Origin: Pseudomonadota bacterium
GTDB lineage: Bacteria; Campylobacterota; Campylobacteria; Campylobacterales; Sulfurimonadaceae
Length of the DNA: 64,000 bases
Direction: 5' to 3'
NCBI GenBank assembly: GCA_043797085.1
Contig: JAZDQA010000013.1
Coordinates: 96,001 to 160,000, forward strand
Shown: piece after piece, positions 9,384 to 18,488 of the stretch
How the letters are laid out: every line of letters starts with the position of its first letter
Position numbering within the stretch: the stretch's first letter is position 1
Translations under genes and position numbers: made by a program
The notes under the pieces: model-generated
What the model was told of the DNA's origin: nothing
Databases searched by the model: none
The model's input: the letters and a program-made list of their open reading frames with translations, nothing else

Positions 9384-11039
9384 ATGCACCCACCAAAACC
9401 CATAGGACAACTCCTCAAAGAACTCGGTTTCATCAGTGATGAGCAAATCGAAGTTGCACTGGATGTTCAAAAAGTTAATCCGAAATTCTTGGGGGAAATC
9501 CTCCAAGAACTCGATTTTATCACCGCCAATGAAATCGCTGAAGCTACCGCGATTCAAAACAATCTCGATTTCGTCGATCTCGACTCTATCACCCCAACTC
9601 TCGAAGCCTTGGCTCTCGTTCCTGAAAATATGGCTCAGGTACGCTTTATCCTCCCCCTCTACGTTGATGGAGATGTTCTCACTATCGCCACCCAAGACGT
9701 CAACGATCTTATGACCCTCGACTACTTGCGCAAAGAGACCCGAAAACAAATCCGTTTTGTCATCGCGGATAAAAGCAAAATTTCACGATACGCACAAATC
9801 TACTATCATCAACTCTCTAACCCCATCGAAGTTGAAATCCGTGCCTTGGCGAAAAGAGCAGCTGAACATTTCCCTATTGATATTGTTCGTTTGGTTGATT
9901 TGATTATTAACAACGCGATCAAAGACCGCACCACCGACATCCACATCACCCCTGAGGGGGCTGCTACTCACGTCTTTTATCGTATCGATGGAGTTATGCG
10001 TCACTATTATTCTATCCCTATCGACTTGCACGGACAAATCGTTGCGCGGATAAAAATCATCAGTGAACTCGATATCTCCGAACAGCGCAAACCTCAAGAC
10101 GGAGCGTTTACTTACGAATTTTTGCATGATAAATTCGACCTTCGTGTCTCTTCTATGCCCACCAATTTTGGTGAAAATATCGTTATGCGTCTGCTGGGGC
10201 GAAATAGCTCTATGTTTTCACTCGCTCATCTAGGATTTTCTCCTTCTAATATTTCTAAAATCGAACACTATTTCAGCAAACCTTATGGTGTTATCCTCGT
10301 AGTAGGTCCTACGGGAAGCGGTAAAACTACGACCCTGTATTCTGCATTGCGCAAAATCAATCCTCTCGAAAAAAATGTCCTAACCATCGAAGATCCTATC
10401 GAATACCGCTTTAGTTTTGTCAAACAAACTCAAGTCAATCGCAAAGCAGGATATATGTTTGATACTGCATTGCGCTCCTTTATGCGTCAAGACCCAGACG
10501 TTATGCTCGTAGGGGAAATCCGTGATGCCGAAACCGCCGAACTCGCTATCCGAGCCTCCATCACAGGTCACCTCGTCCTCTCAACGCTCCACACTAATGA
10601 TGCGGTAGGAACCATTCCCCGACTAGGTGATTTAGGTATCCCCCCTTATCTCATCGGGTCAGGATTGCTTGCCATTATCGCTCAACGCTTGGTGCGTAAA
10701 CTCTGCCCCTATTGCAAAGTCTCCAAAGAAATACTAGAAGAAGACCTACTGCGTCACGGTGTCCATCCTCTTCTTTTGCAAACCTACCCAACCCACCAAA
10801 TTTTTGAAGCCAAAGGGTGTGAACGGTGTCAAAACACAGGTTATTCAGGTCGTGTTGCCATTATCGAGATACTCGAAGTCAACGAAGAGATCGAATCGCT
10901 CATCGTAGAAGGAGCGACCTCACAAGCGATACAAAAAACCGCACGTGAAAATGGAATGCTGAGCTTACGCGATGACGGTCATATCAAAGTCCTTCAAGGA
11001 CACTCAACGTTTAGCGAAGTAGACAGGGTCGTACTCTAA
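9384..11039 (+). CDS. Pilus/T2SS assembly ATPase (PilB/GspE/MshE family)
   Basis: Walker A GPTGSGKTT, TIEDPIEY, MRQDPDVMLVGEIRD, TGHLVLSTLHTN, CPYC/CERC Zn motif; MshEN-like N-terminus. Confidence 0.95.
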   Translation: MHPPKPIGQLLKELGFISDEQIEVALDVQKVNPKFLGEILQELDFITANEIAEATAIQNNLDFVDLDSITPTLEALALVPENMAQVRFILPLYVDGDVLTIATQDVNDLMTLDYLRKETRKQIRFVIADKSKISRYAQIYYHQLSNPIEVEIRALAKRAAEHFPIDIVRLVDLIINNAIKDRTTDIHITPEGAATHVFYRIDGVMRHYYSIPIDLHGQIVARIKIISELDISEQRKPQDGAFTYEFLHDKFDLRVSSMPTNFGENIVMRLLGRNSSMFSLAHLGFSPSNISKIEHYFSKPYGVILVVGPTGSGKTTTLYSALRKINPLEKNVLTIEDPIEYRFSFVKQTQVNRKAGYMFDTALRSFMRQDPDVMLVGEIRDAETAELAIRASITGHLVLSTLHTNDAVGTIPRLGDLGIPPYLIGSGLLAIIAQRLVRKLCPYCKVSKEILEEDLLRHGVHPLLLQTYPTHQIFEAKGCERCQNTGYSGRVAIIEILEVNEEIESLIVEGATSQAIQKTARENGMLSLRDDGHIKVLQGHSTFSEVDRVVL

Positions 11040-12253
11040 TGCTTTTTTTGGTAGAAAATATAGATAGTACACAACGCCGTTCCTACGGACTCTACGATGA
11101 GGAGAACATAAGCACGCTGCTCAAAAATCTCGCACGTCACCGTATTACCCCCCTCTCCATTCGTGAGTTACCTTCTTTTTTCGCACCTTTTTTACCAACA
11201 TCCAGAGTCAATGTTACTCCCGAAGAGGTTATCGAACTCATCGAAAGCCTCCATCTTGTTATCAAATCAGGACTTCCACTGCACAGTGGATTGATTGACC
11301 TTGCCGAAGATGCCGACAATCCAAAATTTAAGAAAATGCTCATCACGGTTGCCGAAGAAATCAATAGCGGAAAATCTCTCTCTGCAGCATTCAAACCCTA
11401 CGAAAAAGCACTCGGAGCAGTCATTATCAACCTCATCCATATTGGGGAAGAAACAGGACAGCTTCAAGTAACATTGGAGAGAGGAGCAGAATTTCTCAAA
11501 CGTACTCTTGCTCTAAAGAAAAAAGCTAAACAAGCCCTCATCTATCCGATGTTTTCTTTTGTCACTGTCACTGGAGCCATGCTTGTATGGATGATTTATG
11601 TATTACCTCAGATGACACAACTTTTCAAAGAAATGGATGTTGAACTTCCACCTATAACGCTCTTTGTCATAGCGCTTTCTGAATTTGTGACCAACTATAT
11701 TGGCTATATGATAGGATCATTTATCGCCGCTATTATCATTTTTAAAATACTTCATAAAAAATATCAAGAAGTTCGATTTCATACTGATCGATATATTCTT
11801 AAAATTCCCATTATCAAACACATTGTCTCAGGATTCAATATGGCATTTATCGCTGAATATCTCAGACTTGCTCTCGTCTCAGGAATACCTCTCTTTAATG
11901 CCCTAGACATTCTCAAAAACAACCTCCAAAATGAAGTCTTTCAAAAAGCTCTTATCTCTACACATAAAGATGTCTCACGAGGTCTTCAACTCTCCGAATC
12001 ATTCAAAAGCACAGGGCTTTTCAGCCCATTTATGCTGCGAATGATGGGAGTAGGCGAAGCATCAGGTAATCTTGATAGCCAGCTCGAACTCATTGCACAA
12101 TACTACAATGAAAAAGTAGACTACTACGCCGAAAACATCGGAAAAATAATTGAACCTGCCATGCTAATTCTTGTAGGCGGATTTATGGCACTGGTAATGG
12201 TAGGGCTTATGGGTCCACTGTATGATCTTATAGGACAAATGGGAGATAAATAA
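11039..12253 (+). CDS. Inner-membrane platform protein (PilC/GspF/MshG family)
   Basis: SGLPL, GEETGQL, ALIYP, GEASGNL and IIEP motifs; TM segments. Confidence 0.93.
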   Translation: MLFLVENIDSTQRRSYGLYDEENISTLLKNLARHRITPLSIRELPSFFAPFLPTSRVNVTPEEVIELIESLHLVIKSGLPLHSGLIDLAEDADNPKFKKMLITVAEEINSGKSLSAAFKPYEKALGAVIINLIHIGEETGQLQVTLERGAEFLKRTLALKKKAKQALIYPMFSFVTVTGAMLVWMIYVLPQMTQLFKEMDVELPPITLFVIALSEFVTNYIGYMIGSFIAAIIIFKILHKKYQEVRFHTDRYILKIPIIKHIVSGFNMAFIAEYLRLALVSGIPLFNALDILKNNLQNEVFQKALISTHKDVSRGLQLSESFKSTGLFSPFMLRMMGVGEASGNLDSQLELIAQYYNEKVDYYAENIGKIIEPAMLILVGGFMALVMVGLMGPLYDLIGQMGDK

Positions 12254-12303
12254 ATCATTTTTTCACAAATTTCTTTTTAAATTTGAAATAACTATAAAAT
12301 AAC

Positions 12304-12312
12304 TGATATAAT
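12304..12312 (+). promoter_or_regulatory. Extended -10 promoter of the pilin gene
   Basis: TGATATAAT in an AT-rich intergenic region, upstream of an AAGGAG RBS. Confidence 0.6.
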
Positions 12313-12340
12313 GGTTATGGACAAAATATAAGGAGTCTTC

Positions 12341-12916
12341 ATGGCACAAAGAAAAGGTTTCACACTCGTAGAGCTTTCAATCGTTCTAGTAATTATTGGT
12401 CTATTGATTGGTGGTGTTTTAAAAGGTCAATCTATGATTGAGAATGCAAAGATTAAACGTTTTGTAAGTGATAGTGATTCACTTGTCGCTGCAACGTATA
12501 ATTATCAAGATCGTTTTAATGCACTTCCAGGGGATGATATTCTAGGTTCTACACGTGGTGCACAAGCAAATGGTAATGGTAATGGACAAATTACTGGAGG
12601 TACAGAGTCTGTAGACTTCTACCGAAGTCTAATTTCAACAGGCTTTATTCCTGGAAATGCTCTTGCAACAACTCAAGCTACCGTAGCACGTACAACACCA
12701 TTTGGTTCAGACTATACAGTAACATCAGTTGCGATGGGGGTACCTCACACTTCTGCAGAAAATGCAATAAGAACTACTGCTGCTATTGTTCCCGCAGATA
12801 TTGCTCGAGACATGGATGCAAAATACGATGATGGTGTATTTAATACAGGAGATTTTCAAGCAAACACTGTTTATACGAATGCCGCTCTTAAGCAAGTTAC
12901 ATGGTATAAATTCTAA
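12341..12916 (+). CDS. Type IV pilin, probable major pilin
   Basis: MAQRKG/FTLVELSIVLVIIGLLIGG, LPGD and DAKYDDG motifs; own promoter and downstream hairpins. Confidence 0.9.
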   Translation: MAQRKGFTLVELSIVLVIIGLLIGGVLKGQSMIENAKIKRFVSDSDSLVAATYNYQDRFNALPGDDILGSTRGAQANGNGNGQITGGTESVDFYRSLISTGFIPGNALATTQATVARTTPFGSDYTVTSVAMGVPHTSAENAIRTTAAIVPADIARDMDAKYDDGVFNTGDFQANTVYTNAALKQVTWYKF

Positions 12917-12930
12917 AAAATTCTTTCCTT

Positions 12931-12984
12931 GTTCCCAAGCTCTAGCTTGGGAACCTCAAAGAGGTTCTCGTGCCCTATAGGGCA
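12931..12984. terminator. Stack of palindromes between convergent pilin and murG (bidirectional terminator or REP-like)
   Basis: GTTCCCAAGCT-CT-AGCTTGGGAAC, GAACCTC-AAA-GAGGTTC and TGCCCTATAGGGCA. Confidence 0.6.
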
Positions 12985-14009
12985 TGCAGGCACTGGCTTA
13001 AATTCTCTATCTTCTCAATAATCTTCTTCGCACCATCCGGCACAATCAACTTCCCTAAAGCTTCACTTTTTATTTGAATATCACTCATAATCGCTTCTTT
13101 AAGCTTTTCAACCATCCCCTCACCCTGACGCTCACACCATCCCGCATTATGGTCGATGACATAACGGGCATTATGGTACTGATGATCGGCAGCTGCGCTT
13201 GGGTACGGGATATAAAATGCAGGGACACGAGCAGCGCATAACTCCCACAACGTACTCGCACCCGAACGGCTGATTGCAAAATCACTACGTGCGATTAGCT
13301 CGGCGATGTTCGTAGTAAATCCATACACTTCTACATCAATGCTCAATGCATGATATGCATGACGGACTCGTTCTTCTTCTTTGGCACCGCATTGATGGAT
13401 TATGTGAATGCCTCGCTCGTCTAGCCATGGAGCAATTTCTAGTGCTAAATCATTAATAAACTTAGCCCCTTGAGAACCGCCCAAAAAAATGACTGTTTTT
13501 ACTTCATATCGAGTACGTGCATTTTGAAAATAAATTTCGCTTACAGGATAATCACAATGATTTTCAGCCTCTTCGTACGAGCTGTAAAAGCCTTTTGAGT
13601 AAGGTCGTAATAAACTGTTCAGCTTACCTGTCACGGCATTTTGCTCATGGATAGTTAGTGGGGTACGTAAACTCAAAGAGGCAATCGCAGCAGGAGCTGC
13701 CGAAAATCCACCGACACTGACTACGGCATCCGCGTTAAAGCCACGAATAATTTCACGTGATTTCAAGACGGCTTTAAAAATCTTCCACAAAGCGACAAGT
13801 TTCCCTAATCCTTTTTTATTAACCACCCCTGTAGTGTCTAAAAAGTGAGTCTCTTCAAATAAAGCACTATTTCCAAACCATTGACGGTCTTGCCCCGAAG
13901 TGGAGCCGATAAAAACAACTCGATGACCTCGTGCAAGTGCTGCTTGGGCTAATGAAAGAGCAATTACGAGATGACCGCCTGTACCGCCGCCGGTAAAAAT
14001 AATATTCAT
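12975..14009 (-). CDS. murG: UDP-GlcNAc:lipid I N-acetylglucosaminyltransferase
   Basis: TGGGTGGH, HEQN, GGSQGA, SRSGAST and HQYHNA motifs. Confidence 0.97.
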   Translation of the reverse strand: MNIIFTGGGTGGHLVIALSLAQAALARGHRVVFIGSTSGQDRQWFGNSALFEETHFLDTTGVVNKKGLGKLVALWKIFKAVLKSREIIRGFNADAVVSVGGFSAAPAAIASLSLRTPLTIHEQNAVTGKLNSLLRPYSKGFYSSYEEAENHCDYPVSEIYFQNARTRYEVKTVIFLGGSQGAKFINDLALEIAPWLDERGIHIIHQCGAKEEERVRHAYHALSIDVEVYGFTTNIAELIARSDFAISRSGASTLWELCAARVPAFYIPYPSAAADHQYHNARYVIDHNAGWCERQGEGMVEKLKEAIMSDIQIKSEALGKLIVPDGAKKIIEKIENLSQCLHAL

Positions 14010-14025
14010 TAAAATCTCCTACTTT

Positions 14026-14080
14026 CGTCATCCTGAACTTGATTCAGTATCTTAGATTGCGGATCGAGTCCGCAATGACA
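14026..14080. repeat. REP-like two-hairpin element
   Basis: GTCAT..ATGAC termini enclosing CTGAA-CTTGA-TTCAG and ATTGCGGA-TCGAG-TCCGCAAT. Confidence 0.65.
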
Positions 14081-14083
14081 CTG

Positions 14084-15262
14084 CTATTTCTTATCCCCAG
14101 ACTCGTATTTAATCTTTTTAGACAACATCAATACCATCCCTATTCCCACCGAAGATGCCAACATTGACGAACCTCCATAACTCAAAAATGGAACCGAGAT
14201 ACCTTTGATCGGAGTAAGTCCGCTAATCCCGTATGCATTAATAATAAATGCAAACGTGATGAGCAATCCAACGCCCAAACTAAAAAGATAATAGGTATCA
14301 TCGGTTGAGCGATTGGCGATTTTAAACAGGCGATGCAAAATAGCAATGAATAAAAGAGTTACAAAAAGCACCCCGATAAAACCAAACTCTTCGGCAATAC
14401 CGGCAAGGACAAAATCGGTGTGAACTTCACTCAAAAATCCAAGTTTAAACGTACCGTTTCCCAAACCTGTTCCCCAAATTCCTCCGTTGTGAATCGCATT
14501 CATAGAGTGCCCGATTTGATAGGCTTCTTCTTGACTGGCAATACGTAAATGCTTTGCAATCGATTCAGGGAAAAAAGCCAAAATAGTACTTTGTGCCGAT
14601 GCCCACCATGACAAAATACGATCGATTCGATGGGGTGCCATAGCAATAAAGAGAAGGAAAAAACCAACTGCACTTGTGATAAGAGTAAGAAAAAAGCTAA
14701 AACTGCTCCCCGCAAAAAAGAGCATAAATGCCAATGTCAACGACAATACAACGACCTGACCTAAATCATTTTGAACCACAGCTATCAAAAACATAACAAG
14801 AACGAAGAGTGCGGCATAGGGCCAAAAGCGCTTAAACTCTTCTCTCACCCCCATGCCTCCATGGTGACCCAGCTTTCGCGAAAAACTCCATGCTAGAAAA
14901 TAAACAAAACCGATTTTAAAGAACTCTACCGGAGCTACCGAAAAACCTGCAATTTTTATCCACCGTTTCGCTCCGCCCACTTCACTGACCAAAAATGCGG
15001 GGAGAAACGGCATGACAAGCATTACAATGATGCTGCCCCAAAACAGAGTCAATCCCAACTTATGAAGCCATTTATCAGGGTTTTGCTGAGCAATCGTCCA
15101 CATCAATAAAATCGAAACAATCGCGATAAAAAGCTCACGCGCCACAAAGTGAAAATTGTTATATTCAAAAAAGATAACCGTATACGAAGAAAGGGTATAC
15201 GAGCATATAATACCTATCGTAATCAGTGCAGTCGTTAAAAGAAATAATTTTTTGTCAGGCAT
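14084..15262 (-). CDS. ftsW: SEDS peptidoglycan polymerase FtsW
   Basis: GAKRWI, PVEFFK, HTDFVLA, PFLSYGGSS; adjacent to murG. Confidence 0.92.
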   Translation of the reverse strand: MPDKKLFLLTTALITIGIICSYTLSSYTVIFFEYNNFHFVARELFIAIVSILLMWTIAQQNPDKWLHKLGLTLFWGSIIVMLVMPFLPAFLVSEVGGAKRWIKIAGFSVAPVEFFKIGFVYFLAWSFSRKLGHHGGMGVREEFKRFWPYAALFVLVMFLIAVVQNDLGQVVVLSLTLAFMLFFAGSSFSFFLTLITSAVGFFLLFIAMAPHRIDRILSWWASAQSTILAFFPESIAKHLRIASQEEAYQIGHSMNAIHNGGIWGTGLGNGTFKLGFLSEVHTDFVLAGIAEEFGFIGVLFVTLLFIAILHRLFKIANRSTDDTYYLFSLGVGLLITFAFIINAYGISGLTPIKGISVPFLSYGGSSMLASSVGIGMVLMLSKKIKYESGDKK

Positions 15263-15339
15263 GATAAACTTTACTTGTAGTTTAGTATATAATTAGCCAT
15301 AAGTATATCGAAGTACGTTAAAGTGTCCATAAAATGAAA

Positions 15340-15357
15340 GCGGAATAGATTTTGCTT
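15340..15357 (+). promoter_or_regulatory. sigma54 promoter of flgB
   Basis: GCGGAATAGATTTTGCTT: GG(15342)-N10-GC(15354); flgB is sigma54-dependent in Campylobacter and Helicobacter. Confidence 0.75.
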
Positions 15358-15413
15358 GATAATAAATAACGCTCTGACATTCTGAGATGATGAAACAACA
15401 AAGGAGGATAATT

Positions 15414-15845
15414 ATGGGATTGAATATTTCACGAGCGCATGAGCTGATGAAAGAAGCAATGGACTATCGTGCTGCGCGTCAAGACATGATTGCAAGCAAT
15501 ATCGCCAATGCAGATACCCCAAATTATCGTCCTCGTGATGTCCGTTTTGAAGAAGCATTGGCACAAAAAAGTGCCCAACTGTATGCAGACAAAAGCAATA
15601 CGCTTCAAATGACGCAAACATCAGGAAAACACTTAGGCGGTTTTAGCAGTGTAAGTGACACCAAAGCAACCACTTTTTTTCGTGATGGTCACATGGCTCG
15701 CAATGACGGGAACAGTGTTGATTTGGACGTAGAAAGTTCAGAGATGGCTAAAAATTCGACCATGTTTAATGCTCTTACTGCCGCCATCAAAAAAGACTCT
15801 ATGATTTTCAAAAGCGTTATTGACGCAAGTAGTAAAACCTCTTAA
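15414..15845 (+). CDS. flgB: Flagellar basal body rod protein FlgB
   Basis: ASNIANADTPNY, RNDGNSVDLD; start placed at the ATG after the AGGAGG RBS. Confidence 0.96.
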   Translation: MGLNISRAHELMKEAMDYRAARQDMIASNIANADTPNYRPRDVRFEEALAQKSAQLYADKSNTLQMTQTSGKHLGGFSSVSDTKATTFFRDGHMARNDGNSVDLDVESSEMAKNSTMFNALTAAIKKDSMIFKSVIDASSKTS

Positions 15846-15855
15846 AGGATAATCC

Positions 15856-16350
15856 ATGGCATTTTTAGACAGTTTTGATATTAGCGGTTACGGTTTATCC
15901 GCTCAACGTGTCCGTGTAAATGTTATAAGTTCCAATATTGCTAACGCCCAAACAACCCGAACCGATGAGGGTGGACCGTATCGTCGTCAAGAGGTTGTTT
16001 TTAAAGCGATTGATTTTAACAGTGTCTATAACCAGGCGTTAGAACGAAGTACTAATCAACTAGGCTATTCCGATCCTCTTAAAGAAGGATTGTCAGGGAT
16101 GAAACCTAGTCCTGCCATCATGAGTGTCGTTGTAGATAAACTGGTACGTGATGATAAAGCACCTAACATGAAATACGACCCGTCACATCCCGATGCCGAT
16201 GCCAAAGGTTATGTTGCCTACCCCAACATTAATCCTGTCGTCGAAATGGCCGATTTAGTAGAGGCAACTCGCTCTTATCAAGCTAACGTAGCCGCATTTG
16301 AAAGTGCAAAAAATATAGCCAGCGGTGCGATCAGCATCCTGCAATCATAA
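15856..16350 (+). CDS. flgC: Flagellar basal body rod protein FlgC
   Basis: SNIANAQTTRT..GGPYRR, YDPSHPDA, EATRSYQAN. Confidence 0.97.
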   Translation: MAFLDSFDISGYGLSAQRVRVNVISSNIANAQTTRTDEGGPYRRQEVVFKAIDFNSVYNQALERSTNQLGYSDPLKEGLSGMKPSPAIMSVVVDKLVRDDKAPNMKYDPSHPDADAKGYVAYPNINPVVEMADLVEATRSYQANVAAFESAKNIASGAISILQS

Positions 16351-16362
16351 GGATAAATTATA

Positions 16363-16665
16363 ATGGCTGATATTCAAGCGATTAAATCTCTCTCAACCTC
16401 CGATTTGCTCAGATCAAAGAGTATAGGAAACACTGAGAGCAGCAAAACCGACTTTGCCCAAGAGCTTCGCAATGCATTGGGTAATGTCAATGATATGCAA
16501 GTAGAGAGTGAACATGCTATGAGCGACATTGCCACAGGTTCAGTCAAAGACCTTCACCAAGCCGCTATCGCGATCGATAAAGCAGAAATCAGTATGAAAC
16601 TAATGCTCGAAGTACGTAATAAAGCACTCAATGCTTACAAAGAAATTACACGTACGCAAATGTAA
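16363..16665 (+). CDS. fliE: Flagellar hook-basal body protein FliE
   Basis: DLHQA..EVRNKALNAYKEI. Confidence 0.96.
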   Translation: MADIQAIKSLSTSDLLRSKSIGNTESSKTDFAQELRNALGNVNDMQVESEHAMSDIATGSVKDLHQAAIAIDKAEISMKLMLEVRNKALNAYKEITRTQM

Positions 16666-16684
16666 TGCGGTCGTCTAATTATTA

Positions 16685-18484
16685 ATGCAAAACTCAAATA
16701 AATCCCAGAAAATTCTTGCTCTTTTCGCCGTATTGCTTTTGGGCTTTGGAATATTCTTGGCGGTCATGTTTTACACTGCCGTCCATGATCGCGATATACC
16801 CTCCATCTACTCCGAAGAAAACTCCAAAGCGCAACGCGGAACCATTATCAGTGCCGATGGTTTTCATATCGCCACGACCCAAAAACTTTACAAAGCGGTC
16901 GTAAATACCCGAAACATTGATAAAGACAAAGAAGAACTCTTTGTTCAGCTTTTTAGTATTTACAGCGGCATTGATGCGAGTGAAATTCGTCAACGTCTCC
17001 ACACAAGACGCGGTTCCGTAACCCTTAGTTATCACATCGGACCCAAAGAAGCGATGTATCTTAAAACGCTTGCATTTGAACTGCGTAAACTAAAAGTTTT
17101 TATCGAATATGAACTTCCAAACGGTCAACGTGTACTGCAAGGACTGAACATTATTGAAAGCGGTGAAGCACGCGAGTACCCCTACCAAGATTTACTTACA
17201 CCGCTTATTGGATATCCTCGTAAAATGGAAGAGAATGGATACACTCGTATTTACGGTATCAAAGGACTCGAAAAATATTTCGACCAAGAGCTTAATCCTC
17301 AGCAAAATAAAACTCAACGAGCGATGCGCGATGTCAACGGCTATCTCATTCTCAATAAACAAAGCTCTATCAAACCTCAGATCAATGGCTTCAGTCTCAA
17401 GCTTAATATCCCGATTTCCCTTCAAGCACGGGCGGAAGCAATTACCAGTCGAATCAAAGATGAACTCCAAGCCGATGAGATAATTGCCACGGTTATGGAT
17501 GCAAAATCAGGGAAAATTCTTACTCTGGCAAGCTCAAACCGTTTTGATCCAAGTAAAATTCGCAAAGAAGATTATCCCTCACTCAACACCAATGCTATCG
17601 AATACAGTTATGAACCGGGATCCGTTATCAAACCTATCATTTTTGCTTTATTGCTCGATCGCCATCTTATCAATCCCTACGATATGGTTAATGGACATAA
17701 CGGACGCTATACCATGGGACGTAAAACGATTGTCGATGAACACGCTTTTAGTATGATCAGTGCCGAAGATGTCATCGTCCACTCATCCAATATCGGTATC
17801 GCCCAGCTTGCCCAAAAACTCAACGGAAGCGAATTTACCGAAGGATTGAGCCGTTTTGGATTTACTCATTTTAGCGGTGCGGATTTACCGTATGAAAAAC
17901 GAGGCTCCATCCCAAGCTCCACGCAGCTAAACAATTATCTCTACAAAGCGATTACAGCATACGGTTACGGGATGCGCGCCAATGCGATGCAAATCCTTAA
18001 AGCCTTCAACGTTTTCAATAATAGCGGTCGTATTGTTAACCCTATGGTGGTTGATACCCTAATCGATGATAATGGCAGAAGTATGCCCATGGAAGTTATC
18101 GAACCTACTCAAGTTATCTCTCCCGCAACAGCGGAACGAATGAAGCAAATATTAATCAAGACAGTCAATGTAGGAACCGGAATTGGAACAAAAACTCCCG
18201 GACTTGAAATAGGCGGAAAAACAGGAACCGCACACATCGCCAAAGGGGGCGGCTACATCAACAGCTATCATACGTCATTCGTAGGATTCGCCAATGATAA
18301 AAAACGTGCCTATACGATTGGTATTTTCGTCATTAATCCACGAACCGTTTATTTTGCTTCTATCACCGCTGTCCCCGTTTTCAAAGCCATTGTAGATATG
18401 ATGGTTGAGGAAAAATACCTCACTCTTGACCCTGTTGCGGTTGCTGCTGCCGCCGCAGAACATCCGGTTGCAACGGTTCACTAA
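16685..18484 (+). CDS. ftsI: Class B penicillin-binding protein (FtsI/PBP3)
   Basis: RGTIIS, EPGSVIK, SSN and GKTGTA motifs; same order as the Helicobacter flgBC-fliE-ftsI locus. Confidence 0.9.
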   Translation: MQNSNKSQKILALFAVLLLGFGIFLAVMFYTAVHDRDIPSIYSEENSKAQRGTIISADGFHIATTQKLYKAVVNTRNIDKDKEELFVQLFSIYSGIDASEIRQRLHTRRGSVTLSYHIGPKEAMYLKTLAFELRKLKVFIEYELPNGQRVLQGLNIIESGEAREYPYQDLLTPLIGYPRKMEENGYTRIYGIKGLEKYFDQELNPQQNKTQRAMRDVNGYLILNKQSSIKPQINGFSLKLNIPISLQARAEAITSRIKDELQADEIIATVMDAKSGKILTLASSNRFDPSKIRKEDYPSLNTNAIEYSYEPGSVIKPIIFALLLDRHLINPYDMVNGHNGRYTMGRKTIVDEHAFSMISAEDVIVHSSNIGIAQLAQKLNGSEFTEGLSRFGFTHFSGADLPYEKRGSIPSSTQLNNYLYKAITAYGYGMRANAMQILKAFNVFNNSGRIVNPMVVDTLIDDNGRSMPMEVIEPTQVISPATAERMKQILIKTVNVGTGIGTKTPGLEIGGKTGTAHIAKGGGYINSYHTSFVGFANDKKRAYTIGIFVINPRTVYFASITAVPVFKAIVDMMVEEKYLTLDPVAVAAAAAEHPVATVH

Positions 18485-18488
18485 TTAC

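Noticed and set aside
18430..18484. Ala-rich FtsI C-terminal tail
   Set aside because: Low-complexity tail with no recognisable motif or repeat.
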